Assembly (NCBI GenBank): GCA_947454135.1 | Contig: CANGJI010000002.1 | Span: 47,655 to 111,654, forward strand | Length of the DNA stretch: 64,000 bases | Source of the DNA: Sphingomonadaceae bacterium | GTDB taxonomy: Bacteria; Pseudomonadota; Alphaproteobacteria; Sphingomonadales; Sphingomonadaceae | Reading direction: 5' to 3' | In this document: in pieces, positions 57,310-64,000 of the stretch | How the letters are laid out: each line of letters starts with the position of its first letter | Numbering within the stretch: position 1 is the stretch's first letter | Made by a program: the position numbers and the translations under genes | The notes under the pieces: generated by a model | Told to the model about the DNA's origin: nothing | What the model saw: the letters and a program-made list of their open reading frames with translations, nothing else | The model's database searches: none

Positions 57310-58617
57310 ATGGCGGAATCAGATCCGCCGGCGCAGCAGCGCAAGACGCGGCCAGGCAAGCGGCGGGGACGCAAGTCAGCGTCCCGCGGCAAGTCGAGGG
57401 GGGCGCGTCCCGCCTCGGCAGCGTCGGCCAGCACCCCTGCCGGACCAGATACGGGGACCGCATCCGGGTCCGAAGCGCACTCCGCAGCCAGCACCGCGTC
57501 CAGTCTGGCCCTCAGTGCGGCGTCACCGGTCACTTCCGCGCCGCCCCCGCCGCTCGAAGCACCGCGCCCGCCGTGGCAGAAGTCGCCGCCGTTTCACCGT
57601 CAGGCCTATGCCGCAATCGATCTGGGCACCAACAACTGCCGCCTCCTGATCGCGCGTCCCTCGGGCGATCACTTCATGGTGATCGATGCCTTCAGCCGCG
57701 TGGTGCGGCTCGGGGAAGGGCTGGCGCAGTCGGGCCGTCTCTCCGATGCGGCGATGGACCGCGCGCTGGGTGCGCTGCACATCTGCGCCGACAAGCTGCG
57801 CAAGCGCGGTGTCCACCTCGCCCGCTCGGTCGCGACCGAGGCCTGCCGCCGCGCCACCAACGGCGAGGCCTTCATCGAGCGCGTCCACCGCGAGACGGGT
57901 ATCCGGCTCAACATCATCACGGCCGAGGAAGAGGCGCGGCTTGCCGTGCTCGGCTGCCACATCCTGCTCGAACCCGGCTGCGGCCCGGCGATGATCTTCG
58001 ACATCGGCGGCGGCTCGACCGAAATGGTGCTCGTCGATACCAGCGATGCCGTGCCGCGCATCCTCGATTGGCAATCGGTGCCGTGGGGCGTCGTCTCGCT
58101 CACCGAAAGCATCGGGGCGATCGACCTCACCGCCGAAGCGCGCGCGGCGGCCTACATGGAAATGCGCAGGCGGATCGGCGAGGGTTTCGCCCGCTTTTCC
58201 GAACGCGTGGCCCCGGCGCGGGAAACCGCCGCCGCGGAAGGGGGGCTCCGCCTCCTTGGCACCAGCGGCACTGTCACCACGCTCGCCAGCCTCCACCTTG
58301 GCCTGCCGCAATATGATCGCAGCGCGGTCGACGGGCTCATCGTGCCGACGGACTCGATGCGCGCCATCAGCCAGCGCCTTGCGCATATCTCGCCGGCAGA
58401 GCGCATCGCCGTGCCCTGCATCGGGCGCGAGCGCGCCGACCTTGTCGTGGCGGGCTGCGCGATCCTCGAATCGATTTTCGACATCTGGCCTGCCGAACGG
58501 CTCGGCATAGCCGATCGCGGCATCCGCGAGGGCATCCTGCGCAGCCTCATGGCGGCAGGCGGGCTGGGCGACCGGCGGGCAGCAGAAGCAGCACACGGAA
58601 AAGGCGAACGCACATGA
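57310..58617 (+). CDS. Ppx/GppA family phosphatase
   Basis: IDLGTNNCRL, VRLGEGL, EEEARLA, DIGGGSTE, GIREG. Confidence 0.9.
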   Translation: MAESDPPAQQRKTRPGKRRGRKSASRGKSRGARPASAASASTPAGPDTGTASGSEAHSAASTASSLALSAASPVTSAPPPPLEAPRPPWQKSPPFHRQAYAAIDLGTNNCRLLIARPSGDHFMVIDAFSRVVRLGEGLAQSGRLSDAAMDRALGALHICADKLRKRGVHLARSVATEACRRATNGEAFIERVHRETGIRLNIITAEEEARLAVLGCHILLEPGCGPAMIFDIGGGSTEMVLVDTSDAVPRILDWQSVPWGVVSLTESIGAIDLTAEARAAAYMEMRRRIGEGFARFSERVAPARETAAAEGGLRLLGTSGTVTTLASLHLGLPQYDRSAVDGLIVPTDSMRAISQRLAHISPAERIAVPCIGRERADLVVAGCAILESIFDIWPAERLGIADRGIREGILRSLMAAGGLGDRRAAEAAHGKGERT

Positions 58618-59285
58618 GCCGCAGCGGCCGTGACCCGGGCACACGGGTCAAATCGGCTCGGGGCCGCACCGCCTCGTCCAACCGCTGGCTCGCGCGCCAG
58701 CTCAACGATCCTTACGTCAAGCAGGCCAAGGCCGAAGGCTGGCGCAGCCGCGCCGCGTTCAAGCTGATCGAGCTCGATACCCGCTTCGGCCTCCTCAAGG
58801 GCGCGCGCCGCGTCGTCGATCTCGGCATCGCGCCGGGCGGCTGGGCGCAAGTCGTGCGCAAGCAGGCGCCGCAGGCCGAGATCGTCGGCATCGATCTCCT
58901 GCCCGTGGAGCCGATCGAAGGCGTGACGATCTTCCAGATGGACTTCATGGCCGACGAGGCCCCTGCCGCGCTGACCGGAGCGCTCGGCGGTCCGCCCGAT
59001 CTCGTCATCTCCGACATGGCGGCCAACACCGTGGGCCACAAGGCGACCGATCACCTGCGCACGATGGGCCTTGTCGAAACTGCGGTCGATTTCGCCATCC
59101 ACACGCTGGCCCCCGGCGGCGCCTTCGTCGCCAAGGTCTTTGCCGGCGGCACGGACGGCGAGCTCCTCACCATCCTCAAGCGCAACTTCAAGACGGTGAA
59201 GCACGCCAAGCCACCTGCCAGCCGCAAGGACTCGTCCGAGTGGTACGTGATCGCGCAAGGCTTCAAGGGGCGGGAGGAGGGCTGA
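58614..59285 (+). CDS. rlmE: 23S rRNA Um2552 methyltransferase
   Basis: RSRAAFKL, DLGIAPGGW, SDMA, KVF, KPPASRKDSSEWY. Confidence 0.94.
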   Translation: MSRSGRDPGTRVKSARGRTASSNRWLARQLNDPYVKQAKAEGWRSRAAFKLIELDTRFGLLKGARRVVDLGIAPGGWAQVVRKQAPQAEIVGIDLLPVEPIEGVTIFQMDFMADEAPAALTGALGGPPDLVISDMAANTVGHKATDHLRTMGLVETAVDFAIHTLAPGGAFVAKVFAGGTDGELLTILKRNFKTVKHAKPPASRKDSSEWYVIAQGFKGREEG

Positions 59286-59336
59286 TAATCCCTCGATCAG
59301 CGAGGTAACACGAGAGAGGCGCGCCCCTCATCGCTT

Positions 59337-59364
59337 CGTCACCCCCGCGAAGGCGGGGGTCCAG
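59337..59364. repeat. REP-like palindromic element
   Basis: CGTC-ACCCCCGC-GAAG-GCGGGGGT-CCAG, perfect 8-bp stem. Confidence 0.7.
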
Positions 59365-59494
59365 AGCCCGGCACGATGCGCTCCGGATGGCAGCTCCCCG
59401 CAGCAATAGACGACATTTCCACAGGCTGGGTTTTGCACGAATCGGCTCGCTCGCCCTAACGGTCGCAACCTTTTTTGACCGGAGACCTTACCCA

Positions 59495-59731
59495 ATGGCC
59501 GATTCCGCCGACGACCGCCTGCGCCTCCTGATCGAGCGCATCGAACGCCTCGAGGAAGAAAAGAAGGGCATCGGCGACGATATCAAGGACGTCTACGGCG
59601 AAGCCAAGGCGGTCGGCTATGATCCCAAGATCATGCGCCAGATCGTCCGCCTGCGTAAGCTCAAGCCCGATGATCGCCGCGAAATGGAAATGATTCTCGA
59701 TACCTACAAGAGCGCCCTCGGCATCGAGTAA
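59495..59731 (+). CDS. gapR: DUF2312 nucleoid-associated protein (GapR-like)
   Basis: [40 protein letters not shown]. Confidence 0.85.
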   Translation: MADSADDRLRLLIERIERLEEEKKGIGDDIKDVYGEAKAVGYDPKIMRQIVRLRKLKPDDRREMEMILDTYKSALGIE

Positions 59732-59745
59732 GGCAGGCCTTGTTG

Positions 59746-59845
59746 GCGGCACCGGCCCGCTTCCCTGCCCGGCCACCCATCCCGGGTACTCTCGTGGGTG
59801 GCCGGGCGGGGGAGCGGGCCGGTGCCGCTCTGCGCGTCAGCGCAG
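59746..59845. repeat. Long inverted repeat (34-bp arms) plus small hairpin; MITE/REPIN-like element or structured RNA
   Basis: Arms 59746-59779 and 59795-59828 pair fully allowing two G-U; then CTGCGC-GTCA-GCGCAG. Confidence 0.7.
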
Positions 59846-59919
59846 CAAAGTGGGTAGCTCTGGACGCGGGGCGGGGAGGCGCTAGGCTGCGACGAAACGT
59901 TTCTGTCGGAGCCTGCCTC

Positions 59920-61263
59920 ATGCGCCTTTCCCGCCCCGCACTGCTTGCCGGCTTTGCCGCGCTGATCGCCCTTGCCGCACCAGTCGCCGCACCAGTCATG
60001 GCAGCGGAGGCACCGGCCAAGCCCGCACCCAAGGTCGTCTACCTCCATGCCGGGCGGCTGCTCGATCAGCCTGGCAAGCCCGCCCGCGGCGCCTCGACCG
60101 TGGTCATCACCGATGGCGTGGTGACCAGCGTCAGCGATGGCACCCTGCCCGCGCCTGCCGGCGCCAGCACGGTCGAACTCGGCGATGCCTTCGTGCTCCC
60201 GGGCCTCACCGACCTCCACGTCCACTTGTTCAGCGATGGCGATCCGCTGCGCGAACGGCTCGAACAGTCCACGCGCGACCGTGAGGACGCGGCCTATCTT
60301 GCCGCAGTCCACGCCCGGCAGACGCTGGAAGCAGGCTTCACCACCGTGCGCGATCTTGGCGCCCCGCCGCGCGGCATCCGCGCGCTGCGCGATGCGATCG
60401 AGGCAGGGGAAGTGCCCGGGCCGACCATCATCAATGCGGGCCAGATGATCTCGGTCTCGGGCGGGCACGGCGATGGCGGCGGGCTCAACGAGGAAAGCTA
60501 CGGCGCCTTCGCCCCGCATGATTTCAACAACCTGTGCAACGGCGCGGATGATTGCCGCCGCGCCGTGCGCGAGCAGATTCGCCTCGGCGCGCAAGTGATC
60601 AAGTTCGCCGCGACCGGCGGCGTGCTGTCCAATGTGGCTGGCGGGCTCGGCCAGCAGATGACAAGCGAGGAAATGAAGGCGGTGATCGACACCGCGCACA
60701 GCTTTGGCCGCAAGGTCGCGGCGCACAGCCACGCGGCGGCGGGGACCATGGCGGCGGTGAACGCCGGGGTCGATACGATCGAGCACGGCACCTTCCTTGA
60801 TGAGCCCACCATCAAGGCGATGATCTCGCACGGGACCTGGCTGGTGCCGACCATGCTTGCCCCGGTCGCCGCCCTCGCGCAGGCCCGCGCCGGACTTTTG
60901 CCGCCCGCGTCGATCACGAAGGCCGAAGTGGCAGGGGCGGCAGAGCGCCAATCGCACGAGCTTGCCATCAAGATGGGCGTGAAGATCGCCTTCGGCACCG
61001 ATACCGGCGTCTCGAAGCACGGCGAAAATGCCCGCGAGTTCGCGCTGATGGTGCGCGCGGGGATGACGCCGATGGCCGCCATCGCCGCCGCCACGGTGAA
61101 CGCCGCCGATGCCCTTGGCCGCAGCGACAGCGTCGGCCGGATCGCGCCGGGCATGCCGGCCGACATCATCGCGGTCCACGGCGATCCGCTGACCGACGTG
61201 ACCCGGCTCGAACACGTCGATTTCGTGATGAAGCACGGCGCGGTTGTGAAGCAGGTGCCCTGA
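59920..61263 (+). CDS. Secreted metal-dependent amidohydrolase (Xaa-Pro dipeptidase-like)
   Basis: Signal peptide, PGLTDLHVH, IKFAATGG, AHSH, IEHG, FGTD. Confidence 0.88.
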   Translation: MRLSRPALLAGFAALIALAAPVAAPVMAAEAPAKPAPKVVYLHAGRLLDQPGKPARGASTVVITDGVVTSVSDGTLPAPAGASTVELGDAFVLPGLTDLHVHLFSDGDPLRERLEQSTRDREDAAYLAAVHARQTLEAGFTTVRDLGAPPRGIRALRDAIEAGEVPGPTIINAGQMISVSGGHGDGGGLNEESYGAFAPHDFNNLCNGADDCRRAVREQIRLGAQVIKFAATGGVLSNVAGGLGQQMTSEEMKAVIDTAHSFGRKVAAHSHAAAGTMAAVNAGVDTIEHGTFLDEPTIKAMISHGTWLVPTMLAPVAALAQARAGLLPPASITKAEVAGAAERQSHELAIKMGVKIAFGTDTGVSKHGENAREFALMVRAGMTPMAAIAAATVNAADALGRSDSVGRIAPGMPADIIAVHGDPLTDVTRLEHVDFVMKHGAVVKQVP

Positions 61264-61279
61264 GCCGATGAAGGATCGG

Positions 61280-61777
61280 ATGACGGCTACACCATCGATC
61301 CGCGATGCGCGGCCCGAAGACGCCGCAGCCTGCGCCGCAATCTACCGCCCGCATGTGACGGACAGCTGGGTCAGCTTCGAGCTCGAACCGCCGGAGCCCG
61401 AGGAAATGGCCCGCCGCATTGCGGACTACGGCGCGAGCCATGCGTGGCTTGTGGCAGAGATCGGCGGCGAGATCGCCGGGTACGCCTATGGCAGCCCGCA
61501 CCGCACCCGCGCGGCCTATGCCTCATCCTGCGATGTCGCGATCTATGTGAGCGCCGCCTTCCCGCGCCGCGGCATTGGCCGCGCGCTCTACGGCGAACTG
61601 CTCGCGCGGCTGAAGGCCCGGGGCTTCCATGCCGCCTTCGCCGGAATCGCCCAGCCCAACCCGGCCAGTGTCGCGCTGCACGAGGCCTGCGGTTTCACGC
61701 CGGTCGGCATCTACCGCGAAGTCGGCTGGAAGATGGGCGCATGGCGCGATGTCGGCTGGTGGCAGCGGGTGCTCTAG
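61280..61777 (+). CDS. GNAT N-acetyltransferase (PAT/YncA-like)
   Basis: SFELEPP, GYAYGS, RRGIGRALY, NPASVALHEACGF, VGWKMGAWRDVGWWQ. Confidence 0.88.
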   Translation: MTATPSIRDARPEDAAACAAIYRPHVTDSWVSFELEPPEPEEMARRIADYGASHAWLVAEIGGEIAGYAYGSPHRTRAAYASSCDVAIYVSAAFPRRGIGRALYGELLARLKARGFHAAFAGIAQPNPASVALHEACGFTPVGIYREVGWKMGAWRDVGWWQRVL

Positions 61778-62460
61778 ACGCCGAGCAAGGCCAGACTGAC
61801 CGAAATGCCGTTCGCGGCGGCATGCACCAGCATCGCGCCGAAGATCCCGATCCGCATCCGCGTGTAGCTCAGCGTCATCCCCGCCCAGACCTGCGGCAGC
61901 ACCATCGGCAGCAGCGCCCACGAGAGGCGCGGATAGTTGCTGAGGTGCGAGAGACCGAACACCAGAATCGAGAGCCACACCAGCGCCGGAAACGCCCGCT
62001 CGAACCCCGGTACCACGCCGCGCCGGCGCAGCCACCACCAGCCCGCCGGGGCGACAATCCCCATGCCCAGCACGGCAAAGCTCGCCGGCACTTCGTGGAA
62101 ATGGAAATTCACCATGGCAAGGAAACCGGCGGCCGCGAACCCGCAGAACACCAGCCACACCGCGCGCACCCGCCCGGTCAGCCAGCCGCGGAACGCCAGT
62201 TCCTCCGCGACCGGCGCGATCACCACCACGAAGGGCACCAGCATGACCTTGGAGACCTGATCGAACGCCTCGGGCGAAGGCAGCGCCAGCGCCTTCTGCC
62301 ACAGCCCCAGCAGCGGCAGCAGCACGAGCAGCAGGACGGCAAGGTGCAGCCCCAGCATGCGCAGCAGGATCGCCCGCGCTTCGGGTGCGCGCAGTCCCAT
62401 GGGCGCAAGCAGGCGGGGCCGGGCCAGCCAGGCGGCGAATTCTGCGAACAAGGCTCTCAT
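61774..62460 (-). CDS. CPBP (Abi/CAAX) intramembrane glutamic endopeptidase
   Basis: EELAFRG, FGLSH, HAAAN. Start MRALFAEF after a G-rich SD. Confidence 0.85.
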   Translation of the reverse strand: MRALFAEFAAWLARPRLLAPMGLRAPEARAILLRMLGLHLAVLLLVLLPLLGLWQKALALPSPEAFDQVSKVMLVPFVVVIAPVAEELAFRGWLTGRVRAVWLVFCGFAAAGFLAMVNFHFHEVPASFAVLGMGIVAPAGWWWLRRRGVVPGFERAFPALVWLSILVFGLSHLSNYPRLSWALLPMVLPQVWAGMTLSYTRMRIGIFGAMLVHAAANGISVSLALLGV

Positions 62461-62514
62461 CCTCCCCCTGATGCCGCAGCGCGGGTTAAAAGCGCGTGTC
62501 CGTTCAACAGATCG

Positions 62515-62548
62515 CCCCTCGCGCTTGCGGGAGGGACCGGGGGCGGGC
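62515..62548. repeat. CCCCTCxCGCTTGCGGGAGGG-type palindromic element
   Basis: CCCTC-GCGC-TT-GCGG-GAGGG hairpin with G-rich tail in an intergenic gap. Confidence 0.55.
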
Positions 62549-62633
62549 ATGTCGGCGCAAGCAATTGCCCAGTGCCCCTCTGTCGGCTAGGGGAACCGCC
62601 AAAGTCTCACCAGAAAGCCTCGAGCAGCACACC

Positions 62634-63398
62634 ATGGCAGGCCATTCCAAATTCAAGAACATCATGCACCGCAAGGGCGCGCAGGACAAAAAGCGCTCGG
62701 CGATGTTTTCCAAGCTGTCCCGCGAAATCACCGTCGCGGCCAAGATGGGCATGCCCGATCCGGACATGAACCCGCGCCTGCGCGCCGCCGTCAACGCGGC
62801 CAAGGCGCAGTCCATGCCCAAGGACAACATCGCCCGCGCGATCGACAAGGCCTCGAAGGGCGAAGGCGATAACTACGAGGAAGTGCGCTACGAGGGCTAT
62901 GGCCCGGGCGGCGTCGCGATCATCGTCGAAGCGCTGACCGACAACCGCAACCGCACCGCCACAAATGTGCGCACCGCCTTTGCCAAGAACGGCGGCAACC
63001 TCGGCGCCTCTGGCGCGGTGAGCCACGGGTTCGAACGGCTCGGCCTGATCGAATATCCCGGCTCGGCCGGCGATGAGGAAAAGGTTCTCGAAGCCGCCAT
63101 CGAAGCGGGCGCCGAAGACGTCGAATCCGATCTGGGCGACGGCGACGAGAACCCCGGCAGCCACCAGATCTGGGTCGCCATCGAGCAGCTCCACCCCGTC
63201 GCGCGCGAGCTCGAAAAGGTGCTGGGCGAAGCCGAGGGCGTGAAGCTCGCGTGGAAGCCCAACATGACGACCACCGTCGACGCCGATACCGCCGCGACGC
63301 TGCTCAAGCTGATCGACGTGCTCGAGGAAGACGACGACGTCCAGACGGTCTGGGGCAACTACGAGATCCCGGATGACGTGATGGAGAAGCTGGGCTGA
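62634..63398 (+). CDS. yebC: YebC/PmpR family protein
   Basis: [46 protein letters not shown]. Confidence 0.95.
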   Translation: MAGHSKFKNIMHRKGAQDKKRSAMFSKLSREITVAAKMGMPDPDMNPRLRAAVNAAKAQSMPKDNIARAIDKASKGEGDNYEEVRYEGYGPGGVAIIVEALTDNRNRTATNVRTAFAKNGGNLGASGAVSHGFERLGLIEYPGSAGDEEKVLEAAIEAGAEDVESDLGDGDENPGSHQIWVAIEQLHPVARELEKVLGEAEGVKLAWKPNMTTTVDADTAATLLKLIDVLEEDDDVQTVWGNYEIPDDVMEKLG

Positions 63399-63414
63399 GC
63401 CCCGGCAACCGCAC

Positions 63415-63765
63415 ATGATGCCGCTCGCGATCAAGGCGCTCCTTTCCGGCCTGCTGATCGCGCTCATCTCGGAGATCGGGCGCAAGCTGCCAACGGTGGG
63501 TGCGCTCGTCGCCTCGCTGCCGCTGGTTTCCGTGCTCGGCATGATCCTGCTGTGGCGCGCGCGTCCCGATGCCGAGAACATGGCGATCCATGCCGAGGCG
63601 ACCTTCTGGTACGTGCTGCCCAGCCTGCCGATGTTCCTCGTGATCCCGGCGCTGCTGCGCCACGGCGTGTCGTTCTGGATCGCGCTCGTGGCGGGCTGTG
63701 CGCTCACCGTCGCGCTCTACCTCGCGATGATGCGCCTCGGCCCCCTGTTCGGGCTCAGGCTGTGA
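63415..63765 (+). CDS. DUF3147 family membrane protein
   Basis: IKALLSG, SEI, GALVASLPLVSVL, TFWYVLPSLPMF. Confidence 0.8.
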   Translation: MMPLAIKALLSGLLIALISEIGRKLPTVGALVASLPLVSVLGMILLWRARPDAENMAIHAEATFWYVLPSLPMFLVIPALLRHGVSFWIALVAGCALTVALYLAMMRLGPLFGLRL

Positions 63766-63780
63766 CACCTACAATTCCAG

Positions 63781-63814
63781 CCCCCTTCCCGTTCGTGTTG
63801 AGCGAACGGAGGGG
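63781..63814. repeat. Collapsed CCGTTCGTG.TGAGCGAA-type palindromic element
   Basis: CCGTTCG-TGTTGAG-CGAACGG stem with outer CCCC/GGGG. Confidence 0.5.
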
Positions 63815-63838
63815 CGAGCCTGAAACTGCGCGACTGAC

Positions 63839-64000
63839 ATGATCATCATCGGCATCGATCCCGGCCTCACCTGCACCGGCTGGGGCATCGTCGCCAAGGC
63901 CGGCAGCCGCCTCAGCCACGTCGCCAATGGCCAGATCCGCACCGACACCGCGCTCAGCATGGCCGAACGGCTGGTCGAACTCGACGCAGGGCTTTCCGCC
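63839..64000 (+). CDS. ruvC: Crossover junction endodeoxyribonuclease RuvC (3' truncated)
   Basis: [18 protein letters not shown]...AERL, downstream of yebC. Confidence 0.93.
   Translation, partial: MIIIGIDPGLTCTGWGIVAKAGSRLSHVANGQIRTDTALSMAERLVELDAGLSA

Noticed and set aside
61280-61777. Arsinothricin/phosphinothricin resistance call for the GNAT
   Set aside because: Family motif only; no ars genes nearby, so substrate cannot be assigned.
1-64000. CRISPR array, IS element, prophage, rRNA
   Set aside because: No regularly spaced repeat-spacer array, transposase, integrase, phage gene or rRNA signature seen.

Overview
High-GC chromosomal window, probably from a sphingomonad such as Novosphingobium (inferred from gene content and repeat types). 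It holds about 49 CDS and two tRNAs (Cys-GCA, Gln-CTG). I found no integrase, IS, CRISPR array or rRNA. Left to right: the 3' end of a DUF2309/DabA inorganic-carbon transporter subunit plus a Cys-rich DUF6671-like gene; a YgiD/DODA dioxygenase; a translationally coupled operon of three different photolyase/cryptochrome classes; a GH18-CE4-GT2 trifunctional polysaccharide enzyme with a two-component system and an autotransporter; an orphan TadG(vWA)-TadE-TadE module; a second two-component system converging on a CzcCBA-like RND operon; and a 2450-aa RTX/cadherin/VCBS animal-type heme peroxidase (MopA/PepA-like) downstream of tRNA-Cys. After that come phaC-phasin-clpS-lptFG, a BigR/Blh persulfide cassette, a desaturase with a bacterial ceramide synthase-like GNAT, and core genes (glmM, thiD, ppx, rlmE, gapR-like, yebC, ruvC). 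Best leads: the peroxidase/RND/TCS block, the candidate sphingolipid synthesis-and-transport locus interrupted by the sulfur cassette, the triple photolyase operon, and a phasin with a histone-like N-terminal extension and a possible second start. All family calls come from motif recognition; no searches were run.
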